Shown here piece by piece: positions 24,091 to 38,100 of a DNA stretch of 64,000 nucleotides. How positions within the stretch are numbered: position 1 is the stretch's first letter; each line of letters starts with the position of its first letter. The translations under genes and the position numbers were made by a program. The notes under the pieces are model-generated. The model ran no database searches. It worked only from the letters and a program-made list of their open reading frames with translations, and had not been told where the DNA came from. This DNA is from Gekko japonicus (taxonomy: Eukaryota): positions 1,413,971-1,477,970 of the forward strand of contig NW_015164666.1 of assembly GCF_001447785.1 (NCBI RefSeq), read 5' to 3'.

Positions 24091-25546
24091 GTAACTGAAG
24101 AGCATTTCATTTAATTATTTATAACTACTGATCTCCTACTGGAGGAAGAAATAGTGGTCAGAATGCTTTCTCGCAACTGCTATGCGTGGTGAACAGGAAA
24201 GTTGCCAGCTGCAGCTTCTTTCTCCATGCAATTGCTTCAAGCAGGTCTGCTAGGCAGCTCCTTGAACAGATCACTCTCACCCATGGCTCAAAAATCTGTA
24301 CTTGATCTCAGTAGATACCAGAGAGCCAAAGGTTCTGCTCTGCTAACACGACAGGGTCCTTAGGCCGGCAGAAGGCTCCATATCCAGTTGCTCATAGACT
24401 TTTTTGCTTGCTTTTAGCTTAGCATTATGCAACTAATTGCAAATATTTTAGAATATTTTTTTTAAAAATCCCACACAGATCTAGCAATTTCTAGTTAACC
24501 AAATCAGAGAACTGCCAGCAAGAAAAAAAAGGCAGAGATTGAAACTCTGCAACAGAATGGCTTTGAAGCTTCCTTGTAGTAATTTTGTATAAAATGCTTG
24601 GCATTAGACATTGTGTACATAGTCAGAAATATTTTTGTGTTCAAGCACCTACTATATTTACAGCAAAACCAAGTTTCTTTTCTTCAGTTTACTGCTAAAG
24701 TTGCTCTGCCATAGCACTACTGTAAAGTTACAGCAGGGAACACTGTAAATGCTAGTTTAAAATATAGGATTAAAAACAAAATAACTTTAGACCCCCACTT
24801 CCCCAAAATGAAATGTCATATTAGTGTATTTGGTCAATTACAGTATATTGACTTTGTATAAATAAAGCATGTCATCAGCATTTCAAGAAAAAAGAATATT
24901 GCAGAGTTCTGAACACTTTGGTAACATGTAGGTTAAACATGGAGCCTTCAATTCACAAACCCTACTCTATGCAACTGTGGAATCCCTTCCCTTGCCCTCA
25001 CAAGAATCCAGTGAGCAGTACAAAAACAAGTTTAAAGGAATAAACTTTCTCCAACTTGCAGTGAAAGCTGCCAAATGGCCTTAAAAAAACCCTGGCACAG
25101 TGTGCCTTTAGTAGAAACCAGCTGAGCAGTACCAGTTTCTCAGAGCACACAGGGGAAACATGACTTCCCTACTCAGGTCTGCACAGCCTGCTGTTTAAGG
25201 TAGAGCTACAGTGACTGGTTGAAACCTCAGCCACCTTATTCACAATACCACTGCAGAACAAACAGAGGAAGAGAAAACTTTCATTACTTAGCTAGGCAGC
25301 AGGGCCTACATATCACAAATTAAAAGAAGCTACATCTTTTCACACAGCAGGAAAACTTGTTTTTGCTATATTTCAATGCTATGTCATATAATCAGCAGTG
25401 TGCCCTAGTAAGTGTTATGCTTTCAAATATAAATATATTTCACCAGTTTATCGCAAAGTATCACACATAAAACTATATTTTCACTATTTAAATAAATACT
25501 TTTTCACATTCTAAGTATAGCTTTTGCTAGGAACTCATATACATGT

Positions 25547-25578
25547 CATATATATATATATGTATATATATATGTATG
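25547..25578. repeat. (TA)n microsatellite
   Basis: Seen directly. Confidence 0.9.
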
Positions 25579-25962
25579 TCTCACTTTAGTTCTGAAGCAT
25601 TTTTTTTGCTCCAGAGTAAAGAGGTAGATTCAGTATAGACTGGGCACCCAAAACCCTACAGCCAGAATTCAAAATGTCAACAGCTGTTTATGCATAATTA
25701 TACAGTTCTAGTAACTGCTTGAAAACTCTGCAGTCGTAGCTAATGAGAACATTATTCAAGCTCTGCAATTTTTTAAAGTTGTGATTAGTGTATCTGGACT
25801 AAGACCATGGAATCACGCACAAGTATAAAGAATGAACAAAAAGTTGCATCTGGCAGAAAACTCAAGTGCACAGGCTGCTTCTGTATCTGTCTTTAGAAGA
25901 ACATTCTCATCTTCCTTGGCGCTGACCATCAAGCAGAAGTCTGCAGAATTTGTATTTAACAG

Positions 25963-26150
25963 TTACAAATGAAATCCCTCCATTGGAGCTTCCTGCTGCT
26001 GAAACAGAAATTGCTGCTCGTTTTCATCCACTTGTGGAACAATATTGGCATCCTCCTCTTCCACACCAAAGTAATGTTCAATAAGATCAAATGCTTTTTG
26101 ATAGATCTCCTGGTTTTCGTGACTCTGAAGAATTTCAATTTTATCTAGTC
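25963..26150 (-). CDS. KPNA5: KPNA5 exon 14 coding part to TAA stop
   Basis: [62 protein letters not shown]. Confidence 0.96.
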
Positions 26151-29100
26151 CTGAATTTGAGAGATCACACAGATTGTGTTTCAGTTCTATAGATTCTGCT
26201 CCCATACATTTTTTTCAGTAATAAACAGTATTAACACTCATTGGTTTTAATTTAATACATAGTAAATGACTATTTTATAATCCACTGAGTAAAATCCCAT
26301 ATTGCATACATGTCTCTGCTATCGACTGGTCCAAAGGCTTTATTCTACAATTCAAATACTACAAATGTTACCACTGAGTTTAGCTGGAATCCTTTGGGAA
26401 TGCTCACTATGGACTATGTGAACTGTATTTTCTACCCCTCATACAAAATGGAAGAAAGCTTAAACATCTACTATGGATTCTCTATCAGATTAAACAAAAT
26501 AAAAAAGAGGAAAGCCTAAAGTTTAATGAGTCATTTCCAATGGTTTTCATGAGGAGAAAAAAATTAAGAATTCAAAGCAGAATATGGTTAAGTTTCTCGT
26601 AAAACTAAATTTGCAATGTTAATGTGCTCAGTGTATAATTATGTGCTCATTCAGTTGCTACAGCAAACCATAGTTAGGTGCTTGGAAGAGCAAACACAAA
26701 CCACACTTATTCATGCTATCCTGGTAAAGCTGAGGAGGGTCTTGTACTCTCCATATCTGATGGAGTTTAATTGACTGTTTGACCCAGTGAGGTGCTCTGG
26801 GAGTTATGCTGGGCTCCGTGCTGTTACTGGAGCTTAGCTATCTTTTTCCATCTCCAACTACCATGGAAGCTGGCCCCCTTCCTCAACTCAACCTGGCCCA
26901 GCTGATCCATGTTGCAGTAACCTTAAGGCTAGACTACTGTAGCATGATCTACATGGGACTGTTGCCATCTTCACCGACTGGCAAAGTTTTGGTGCCACTA
27001 CTGAGAAGGCCCTCTTCCTAGCTAATCTCAGAAGGCAGGGGCACCTGAAACAGGACCTCCGAAGATGACCACAGTAGTTGGACAGGTATATAAGGGAGCA
27101 GGCAGTCCTTCAGGTATATAGCTTTGAATGTGAACAGCAGGACCTTGAATTGTGCCTGAAAATAGCTTGGAAGCCAGTGCAGTAGAGCCAAGACTGGAGT
27201 GAAATGGTCCCTACGACCAACTCTAGTCAACATCCTGGCAGCAACATTATGCACCAACTGAAGTTTCTGAACACTTTTCAAGGGCAGCCCCCACACAGAG
27301 CACACGGCATTAATCTAATCTCAATGTAACCACAGCATGCACCCACGGCGGCCAGGTCATTTCTGCCAGGAAAGGTTGTAGCTGGCTCACCAGTTGAAGC
27401 TGGTAAAAGGCACTCCAGGGTAAAGCCACCACCTGCTTACCCAGCTGTAGCCCTGGGTTCAAGAGCACCTCAACACTATGAAGCTGCTCTTTCAACAGGA
27501 GTGCAGCCCCATCCAGAACAGGTGACACCTTTAATCCTTGGTGGAAAGACCTTCCTATTGGTTTTCTTTTTTTTGGGGGGGGGGGGATTTGGAGGCTGGG
27601 TATAAGATATTAACAGTATTATTAAGTAATATTGTTATATCTTCTCTGTTTTGTTATGGTTCTAAACAACACTGTAACCCACTTTCAGTCCTTTTAGAGA
27701 AAGGCATGCTGAAAGCACCATAAATAACTCTATGATAACCACAATTTCTTACCATATGCCTCCTCTATACGGGCACAGTAAGGGTTAACACCAATTCCAC
27801 TTTGCTTAGATTCTTGTTCTCCGTGTCGTAGAATATTTTCAAGTCCATTCAATGCCACCTGGACGATTTTAGAATCCATAACAGTCAGAAGATCACAGAG
27901 AGGCTTGGTACAACCTAATGCCACCAAGTAGCTTTGGTAGAACAGAACAGATTTTTTTTTTAAAAGAGGGGAGAAAGATTCAGACAGCAAAAAAAAGCAG
28001 GTCCATACAGAATCTATTCAATATAACTTATTCCCAGGAAAGTGTTCTTCAGATGGCAAAGCTGGCTGACCACATTTATTTAGTTATAACTGCACCCCAC
28101 GATTAAGCTCTTTTAGTATTCTTTCAGAGGCAACATTGAGGACACTTTCGGGAATGCTGTTAAACACATACATACATATACCACTTGTATACTTAAGTAA
28201 CATATAATGTAGCTAAGTTTTTAACTGAACAAACTGACCTAGATAAGCATCTGTTTCATATGAATGGCATGGGAAGTACTGAACTGGCCTTAATAATGCT
28301 TATTTTTGTTCAGTTTCCACTTTTTACTGTGGAAAATTTGTGTGCTTTACTGTCCTTCAGATGCAATTTCTAATAATCTGACAACATGAATATGTTAATA
28401 CGGCCCAGAGGAAACATCATACAATTATAAGAAAATTAACATTCTATTCCCATCTCTTGTTACTATATATCCTGTCACAAGAGAGGTGGGCAAATCTCCA
28501 CCCATGAAAATAAGGAAGCGGTAGAAATGTCCAACCCGTCCCCTTTTCCAGTTTCTGTAGCTGTTCTCAGCCACTCTATCCTCAATACTATTGCCTCATT
28601 CACTGCACAGTCCTAGCCTAATTGAACAAAATGGTGTCACGTTATATAGCCAGACCAACTACATAACTGCACTGACTAAATAATGTGAAGATGCACTCCC
28701 TTCTCTTCTAGCAATTAAACTGCTGGAGAGAGGACCACAACACTGCCTGGACAACTGGCTGAATCTCCCCATGGTGTTATACTATTGTGGTTTCACGGCT
28801 GCCTTTGCACCACCTGAAGACTGGGCAGCAATGTCTGGCTAACTAGGTAACACAGATTCTTCCCCACTGCACAATAAGAGAACATTTCCTCCTTATTTGT
28901 ACCTGCAAACGAGCGATATTTCAGCTAAGTTCTTACAATAAAATCCAGTTAAGCTTTATTCTGAGAAATCCAAAATCAAATGTTATGGAAGCAGATCCAA
29001 TAAATTCAAACTTGAGATATTCTTCATACTAAGAACATGAAAGTGTTTAAACTGTCTATTTTTTAAAATGCTGCATTTCTATCTTCAAATGATATTCAGG

Positions 29101-32100
29101 CAATAATCATCAGATAAAACCAACAGGAGTGAATAAGTCTTTACATTTCCACAGGGGAAAAATAGCATTAAAAGGTGATAAAGATACCTTTTAGGTATAA
29201 AAAAAGATAATGTATTGTGGTTAGAGAAAATTAGTGAAATTTAAATTACCCTTCTGTGAGCTGTTTTCATTTATATTATAACAAGAAGCGGAGACCTGTG
29301 ATACTCGCGGGGGGGAGAGAAGGAGCTCCACGTGGAGGAGGAGGAAGCAGCCGCAGGTGAGGCCCGGGCCCGCCAATCCTTCTCACCCCCCCAACTCCCC
29401 CTGCATCGGCCGCAAGATCTGCGCAGCTCCCAGCCGCTGGGCCCACCAATCCTTTTCCCCGACCCCCGTGCCAGTGGCAAGGCCTGTGCGGCTCCTGCTG
29501 GGCCCACCAATCCTTCTCCCCTGCACCGGCAATGAGCAACATGGGCCCGNNNNNNNNNNNNNNNNNNNNNNNNNNNNNNNNNCACCAGCGGTGAGGCCCA
29601 AGTGGCTTCCAGCCACCGGGACCGCCGAGCCTCCCCCGCAACAGCCAGAGCGTTCTCTGCGCATGCGCAGGGAAAACTTTTAATTTGGGGGGATTTAAAT
29701 ATACCCCATATATTTTTTTCAACTTTTTAGATTTTTCTGCACACCTGGGGACTGCTCCAAGTGTGCAGGAAAATCTCTCTTGACTATAGATGCTATTTAA
29801 TTATTTGCCTTGGAAGATGATAGCTGGAATCCAGAAAAGTGAAGAATTCACAAACGAGCCCATTCACCAAGCTGATGTGATTTTATTTTTTTTTGGACTC
29901 TTCCTTCCTTTTTGCACTGTTACAAATGATTTTTTAAAAGACTTCAGAAACCATGATGTGCATGCAGATCTCACAAGCATCACAACCTGAAGTTTAGGAA
30001 GCTCTAGCAATATGTATAAGATTTCACATGGACTAAGAACATGGAAAAATTATCCATGAGATCAATTACCTGATCTGTTCAGGAGTCCCTCCTGATGTTG
30101 CATTAGTGATGGCCCAGGCTGCTTCCTTGATAGTACGAAATTCAGCTTTTTGAAGAATTTCAATCAGTACTGGAAATATATTTGCATCTATGACAGCCTA
30201 GGGAAAATGTGATACGACAGCATGTGATGGCCAGTAACAAGACAAAGGGCAAACTTTGAACAAAAGGCTGGACAGAACTAGGAGGTACCAACCTGTCCTT
30301 GCCAGCTACCTCTAACTAAGCAATTAAAAAGTGACTTTAAACTACAAGTGGAAAAACACCAAAATGCCGTCTCAATCAATAACAGGTTCAGATGTAGCAA
30401 AACAGAGAAAAGGAGAACTCACAGGTTAATCTGAATTTCTATTTTCCCTCTCTGATGCTGGCCAAAGATTTAGATTTTGAATACCACCCAAAGAAAAGGG
30501 GAGAGAAACTAAATGCTGCATAATAGCTGATGGGGTTGTGGCTCACTGACATGGAGAAGGTCCCAGATTCAATCCCCGGCATCTCCAGTTAAACGGATCA
30601 GATATGAGGTGATGTGAAAGACCTTGGGACCCTGGAGAGCTGCTGCCCATCTGAGTAGACAATACTGACTCTGATGGACCAAGGGTCTGATTCAGTATAA
30701 GGCAGCTTCATGTATTCAATATACAAATACGAAAAGTGTATACTGAATATTATATACAATACCTGGATCTGAGCTCTGTTTCCCGCAGTAATATTAGAAA
30801 CTGTCCAGCATGCTTCCTTCCGAATAGATTCCTTGGGACTACTCAGTAAATGTAAGAGACAGGGTAATGCAGAGCAATTTAGAATTACCTAAAATAATTT
30901 GAAAGATGAAAAGTTCTGCCTAAACAACGTAAAACAAAGACAGTCCATATAGCTGAAATAACCACATTTTTCATAAGTATAGTTTACTCTGTCAATAATT
31001 TATATAGATATCATTACACTGTTTTCATTTTGTGTGCAGGAATGTTTTTACCCATTTTGGAAAAAAAATATATACCAGATTCCAATAAAAAAATGAAGCC
31101 TCAGGAGAAAATACAAAGGTATAATTAACCAAGGAAACAACGTATTTAGGTTTTCAATTCTGAGGGATAACTGGCATAATGAAATATGTTACAGTGCTTA
31201 TGTGCACATAAATTCAAAGTACTGGATCCAAACAACTGTGAGTCACTGTCATGGAAGCACTAGCTGAAAAGTTTGTATAAAGCAACAATTTTCAAAAAGG
31301 GGTCTGCAAAGATCACCCAGGGGAACCATGTATTCTTCGCAAATAAAGAGGGTGAGCCCTTCTTGTACATTGTAGGTAACATGAAAAGAAAGCCCTTTCA
31401 GCCTGCCAGGATGCCATCAGTGATTCTACCTCACGGGAAGGAATCTGCTTTTACAGTTCTTGAAGGGAGTTCACACAGCTCCCATGATCTGCTGTCACCT
31501 ATTCCCCTGATCACCTGGAAACACTAGCCAGAAAATGTGCTGACTGGTTGCTGGGAACCAACCAATCAGTCCCAGGAACTCTGACTGATTGAGTGGCAAC
31601 ATGGAAGTACACTCCCTATTTCAGTCATCATGGTTACTCCTGGTGTAAAACAGAACTGCTTTCAGTATTTTTCAGTTAAGTACCAGAAGTATGTGATGCT
31701 GGTCTATTTCTATGAGTGAAAGTTCCTCCTCCCCCATTCCCACTGCAATTCAGCTGCCTTCTGACTAAAAGTAATAGGACAATTGCTTAGACTCGCCATT
31801 CTAATCAAGGGATATGATTAAAACTTGGCCTAAAACCATTTCAGTTGTTGCCCAATAGCATCAAGTACCCTCTGTGACCATCTTGTAAGGCCACATACAG
31901 ACAACAGGCACATTTTTCTTAAACTTGTTTTTAAAATATAAGTGATGTGGTTTTCACTGTAGCATTTTGAGGACACTGGAAGACAGAGGCTTTCACGGGG
32001 CATGCATGGCTATCTGAAAAGGGGCTGTCCAGTGTGCGCTGGGAAGATGAAGAGGAGGAGGAGGAGTGTCTCAGAGCGGCTTACAAACTCCTTTCCCTTC

Positions 32101-35100
32101 CCCTCCCCTCCCCTGTGAGGTAGGTGGGGCTGAGAAAGCTCTGACAGAAACTGCTCTTTTTCAAGTACAGCTGTGCCAGAACTATGGCTTGCCCAAGGTC
32201 ATCCAGCAGGTGCAAGTGGAGGAGTGGGGAATCAAACCCAGTTCTCCCAGATTAGAATCCGTGCACTTAACCACTACACCAAACTGGCTCACAAACTGGT
32301 AAGGGAGGAAGGAAGGGTTTCCAGGTCCACAAAACATTTTGTATTAAAAGGGGGGTCCTCAGGTAATTAAAGTATGAGAACTACTGCTGTAACAGGTAGG
32401 GTCTGATACAATTCTCATGCAATGCAAGAGCACCTGTTAATTTCATTTCCCTTTTCTAAGACTAAGTGCAAAATGTTAATCAGCCCTTGAATGAACAAAG
32501 AAGTCCTCAGACACGTGGAACATAGTGCTGACTCAAAACATAGTTGCAGCCATGATGAAGAAAAGATGGAAATTAATTCTGTATTCCTACCACTGTTCTG
32601 AAGCATCAGGAATACAGAGCTGAATTTAAGATTACAGATCACTTTGCTGAGGCAGCATTTTAGCTTAAAGATATTTTATTTAATTCATTTATTTAATTGC
32701 ATTTATACCCCGCCCTCCCCGCGAGTGGGCTCAGGGCGGCTTATATAGGGCACGTAGTGCATACAATATAAATGGATAAAACAGTTAAAATTCAATAAGT
32801 AAATAATAAATAAAGATGGTGCTCAGGGTTCCCATACCACAAAAGTAGGTAAGGTAAAAGGAGAAGTAAAATAGGCATGTTTAGTTATTCCCCCTACACT
32901 TAAATCTTAATACAGTAAAAGATGTGTTATCTTGTACCTAGTTAACTGGCAAAATACAGCCCTCTCTGCTGCTATCTGCTCTGTAGTGACAGCAGACGGT
33001 GGAGAACTGAGCTCCAGCTCCAGGCCATGGGGATGCTTGCCTTGTGCTGCTCCCCCTCTGCTTCTTCTTGAAGAAGAGAAGACAGATGAGGGACAGGGAA
33101 TCTTTCTCAGCCATAGGTGCTGCCCACTTATGCTGCGGAGTGACACCCATGGATGGCAGCCCCACATAAATGCCCCACTTGATCATCCACCTGCTCTCAT
33201 TCAACAGCAGAATGCAAAGGAGCAGGCTGATCCCAGTCATGGCTGCTGCCCATCTGGGGCTACTTGGTTTTAAAAGCTTTCCTAATCAGCATATTAAGAT
33301 TATCTGGCAACCCCAATATCTCAGGGATGGGAGTTAACAAAGCTATTTCTATATTTAATTCCGGTGCCACCCCCCAATCTCTTCTCTACTTATAATAAAA
33401 GAGTTTTGGTGTCCCTCCTGGACACGCTTCCACACTTTTCGCCCACTCAGCTGCCACTCTCACAGTCTCCCAATCCCGTGGCTGCATTGGCTCGGCCCCA
33501 CCCACCGAACTGGCGGGCAGCACTTTGCCCTCAGTCTGGAGAGAGCCAGATCTAGCGAGTGGCAGCAAGCAGGGGGAGCACACCTTCGCTGCCCCTCTCC
33601 CTCGGTCACAAGGCCTGCACTTCGTCAGGGTGATAGGTCAGCGGGCTGCACGGCAGAGAAGGCTGCCCAGCGCCTTTCAAAGGCTCCCCCACCTTCCTTC
33701 AGCAGCAGCGCCAGGGAGGGTCTGGCCTGAAGGAAACGAGCTGCGACTCCTGGAAAGCCGGACTCTCTCCTGAGTCCTGGAAAGCCGGACTCTTGGCTCC
33801 TGTGTGGGACTAACTGTGACTAACTGTCCGCTCAGCGGCTGTTGGTAGGCAACCAACTTCTGTCAGTAAAAAAACACTTTCCTGGCAGAATTAACTTAAA
33901 ATGGCTCTCTCCCCTTTTTGCCTCCACCATGGTTGGCTAGCTAATGAGGTGGGCCAGCAACCATCAAACCATTCTCTTCAACCCCCGGCTGTGTGGCTGA
34001 CTTTCTCCTAGGGTTGCCAATCTCCAGGTGAGACCTGGAGAGCTCCCACTGTTACAATTGATCTCCAGATGACAGAGATCAGTTCCCCTGGAGAAAATGG
34101 CTGCTTTGGAGGGTAGACCCTATGGCATTATCCCCTGCTGAGTCCTTCCAGCCCCCCCCCCAGTGTTGCCCTCCACAGGATCCACCCCTCAAATCTCCAG
34201 GTATTTCCCTAATCAGAGCTGGCAACTGTCCTTTCTCCTCAGTGCCTGTTGCTAGGCAACCAGGCTCTGTCACTAAAAGGCCCTTTTCACACCTCTTTTG
34301 ACCTTTGGGAGAAAACTCATTGGGGCCAGTCCTGATAGAGTTGCCAACTCCAGCTGGGAAATTCCTGGAGATTTGAGGGATGGAGCCTGGAGAGGGTGAG
34401 GTCTCAGGAGGGGCGGGACCTCAGACAGGTACAGTTCCATAGACTCCACCCTCCAACCCAGCCATTCCCTCATGGGGAGCCACTGTTGTCAATCTCCAGG
34501 TGGGGGCTGGAGATCACTCAGAATTACAACTGCTCTCTAGGAGGGAGGAGGAATAGATGGAAAGCTGAAGCCAGGGGGCAGATAATGGTAGGTTGATGGT
34601 TGGCTGGGAGGGAGATCAGGTTGCCAACTCCAGGTTGGGAAATTCCTGGAGATGTGAGGGGTGGAGCCTGAAGAGGGTGAGGTTTAAGGGGGGGTGGGAC
34701 CTCAGACAGGTACAATGCCATAGACTCCACCCTCCAAACCAGCCATTCCCTTATGGGGAACCATTGTTGCCAGTCTCAGGGGAGGGATGGAGATCATGCA
34801 GAATTACAACTGCTCTTCAGATGGCAGAGATCAGATCCCCTGGAAAAAATGGTGGACTCTGTGTCATTATACGCTGCTGAGGTCGCCACAGCAAACTGGC
34901 ACTGAGTGCCCAAGGCTGGGGCACTCTCCCAGAGACTCTTTCTAGAGCTCGTTGTATTTATTTCTACAACAAGCCTTATTCCTGGTTAATTAATATTTGC
35001 GTCCAAAATGCCATGGCCTACTTTTAAGGAAAGCTACAACAAAGGAGATGTGAATTAAAATCATAATACATTTGGTCCCTAATGGTATTACCAATTCATT

Positions 35101-38100
35101 TATTGTCCTTTAATTTCATACTTGGCAAAAGAAGGGCAATATGACCTCACTACTTGTGAAACAGTTTTTGTTGCTAAAAATTGCACTCTTTCAGGAATTT
35201 CAATACTCTTCCTCAGATGTGATGAAAAAGAAATATCTATTCTCAACTAAATTGAAATCTGGACAATGTGAACACTGGACTCAATTCAGAAGCAGCACTA
35301 TCCTAACCTGATAATTTGAGGGTGTAATTGAGTGATGAAATATGCTGATGTAATCTCACAACTGTAAAAAAGCACTGTGAGATGTGCTCCTTGAACCTAA
35401 TAAGGTCTGCTTACTTGTGTTTGAATGTCATCACCAGTTACAATGTTTCCAACTGCTCTTAATGCAGGAGACACCACCTTGTAGTCATTGTGCCTGGAAA
35501 AAATAAAACCATTAGAAATTACAAAACATATAGTTTTTAAATATAAGGAGGGAAGCTTGTATCTTCACATATTTACATAAATTTGCATGTGTTTCAAGCA
35601 TTTAAAATGACAGAATGTTACAATGTACATAAGGCCAATAGGTGGGGGATGCAGGTGCTGAGAGAACAGGGGCTTTCCTATGACCTAGTGTGTCTATGAT
35701 TAAGGCAATACATGAACTGCAGCCTTTCCAGCATACACACTTGGAATGCACTATATTAGATACTAGCCAAAGTCACTGACCACTTCTTCATTTCTGGGTT
35801 GGTTGCAAGAAGAGCATATGCCTTTAAAAGGAGTACATGGTTGCCCTGCAAAATTCCATGCCATATCTGAACAGATATTGTGGGGATCTCAGGTCAGCTG
35901 ATTGGGAGGGCTGCTGTCCACTGAAATGGAGCTCTTACTGACTTGTAAGATTTGCTGCATATGTAGCCATGCAGATCTGATTGAAAAGGACTCCATTTCA
36001 ATTGGCACACAAGAGCTCTACCAGCAAGCAATGTGGGAATTCATCAAGACAAAGCAAAACAGGGGAAAAGACTAAGGCTTTTTTACTGTGTTGAATAAAA
36101 AAGCTGATCATATCATAAGCCCTTGCTTTGGGGGAGGGGTAGAGCAATACCATTTCAACTAGAAATCTCAATCTTTAGGAAATTCAATTAGCTTCTTTAC
36201 TACACAAATTAGATATTCTTAATGCAACTGGCATTGGTAATAATTAAAGGAAATTCAATTAGATTCTTTACTACACAAATTAGATATTCTTAATGTAATA
36301 TTCAGAGCATATTGTTCATTAATCTGTCTGGTCATATCACATCACTCAGGCCTCATAATCACAGAGTAGAACAGAAGATTAATTCCCATTGCTTGGACTC
36401 TGGATTTTTAAAATATTATGACATGTATACAGCAGAAAATAGAGACAGCATGCAAAAACAGGCTAACGGTAGTGTTGTGAAGAATTTACAAGCTTCCTCC
36501 TTTGTGTTTAATGCTTGTGGTGTCAAAGACTGCGGGGAGGGTGGGATATAAATGCAATAAAATAAAATAAATAAATAAATCTGGTAGATGGGGGAAAATG
36601 TCAGTCATGGAATTCTGATCATTTACACAAATGCTGTAAGGGGAAAAAATCACAAGGAACCTAAGAACAGGAGGTGATGTCAGCTGTAAAGTAACTGGAT
36701 GCACAGAGGATAATTTTTACATGCTGGAAATAATAACCCACCATATATCTGGCTGCATATACCCACTACAACGACAATGATTTGATTAAAAGGACTCACA
36801 TCAGAAGCTCAACTAATCTTCGGCAGACTCCAGAATCAATAACTGCTTGGATTTTATCATTAGGTCCATCTGAAAGGTAAGAGAGGGCCCAGCAAGCATC
36901 TGCTAATACATCTGGGTCACTGCTAAACAACAGTCTTGACAGAACACCTAAGCAAGGCCGAACCTTAAGAGTTAAAGAAGAAAAATCAGGCATTTCCTCT
37001 TTATAAATTTATTTTGAACACAATTAATATAAGATCTTTTCTAAAGAGCTGAAAATATTTCCATTATATTTGTGCTAATTTATCATGATTTTCTGGAATA
37101 CTAAAAATGATGAGCCTTGCAGCACCTATCTTTAAAAAGAACACCACTAGGCAAAAACAACTTACAAGCAAATAAGCAAGTATATAATGATCACATAATC
37201 ATAACAGCAAGTGTAATGTAATTCAAATAAGCAAAGTAACAAGTATGATATAATGAAATGTAAATCAAATAAGCATAACAACAAGTATGATATAAATCAA
37301 TAGGCCAAAGTGCAAAGATAATAGAAATAGTCAGAGTCTTCTCTAGCATAGAGGCAATATCAAAGTCCAAATTGGAATGCCAATCATCAAATTTTCTGAG
37401 CAAAACGATCTCAGGCTTCATTAGTCTTTAAGGTGCCAAAAGACTCTCATTTAGGCTGCATTTTGAGAAATTCCCCTGGAATTTAGGAAGTATTAGGATG
37501 CAATACAATGTAGCTTTAAATCTGCTTTACCATACTTCAGATGATACATTACTTAATCTACAAATGCATTTTATAGATCATCTGTAAATCATACCAGAAG
37601 CAGTGGTCCAAACAGTAGATTTGAGGTTATTTTCAGGTGCTGGAGCGCACGATATGGTCTTTGCATTAAGCATTCAAATCAAGAGCTATGCAATATCATA
37701 AGAGATTTTCAGTTATGTTATGCCAACTGCATCTTTGGTTTGGCAATCTGATTGTTTAAAAGTCAATACCATCATCATTGCATTTTGAACATATTTTCTT
37801 TTCCTCCCACAACAAAAGTCTACTCGAGATAGCTTGGAAACCATTCTGACATTTCAGGCAAGAATTAAAATTCCAAAAAGATTTTGCCTTTTTACAGAAA
37901 CACAGGTCATTTCAAAGCAATTAATAATACTAAGGATCATTACAGTAGCTTCAAAGATTGTAATGTGATCCCTACCTGACTGAAATCTGGAGGTGGATTT
38001 TTGCCTCTGCAGAGATTGGAAAGGGCCCAGACTGCATTCCTAGTTGTTGTAAGTCTGTTAGAGTATGTCAGTAGTCTATCAAGAAAGATAAAAATGAACT

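Larger units (their letters stand above)
22390..25962 (-). other. KPNA5: Putative long KPNA5 3' UTR
   Basis: AT-rich, repeat-poor sequence after the stop. Minus-strand AATAAA at 22408-22413 and 22477-22482. The true 3' end cannot be fixed without RNA data. Confidence 0.45.

Noticed and set aside
36177-36295. CRISPR-like repeat-spacer-repeat
   Set aside because: Only two units in a vertebrate intron with no cas genes; a simple local duplication.
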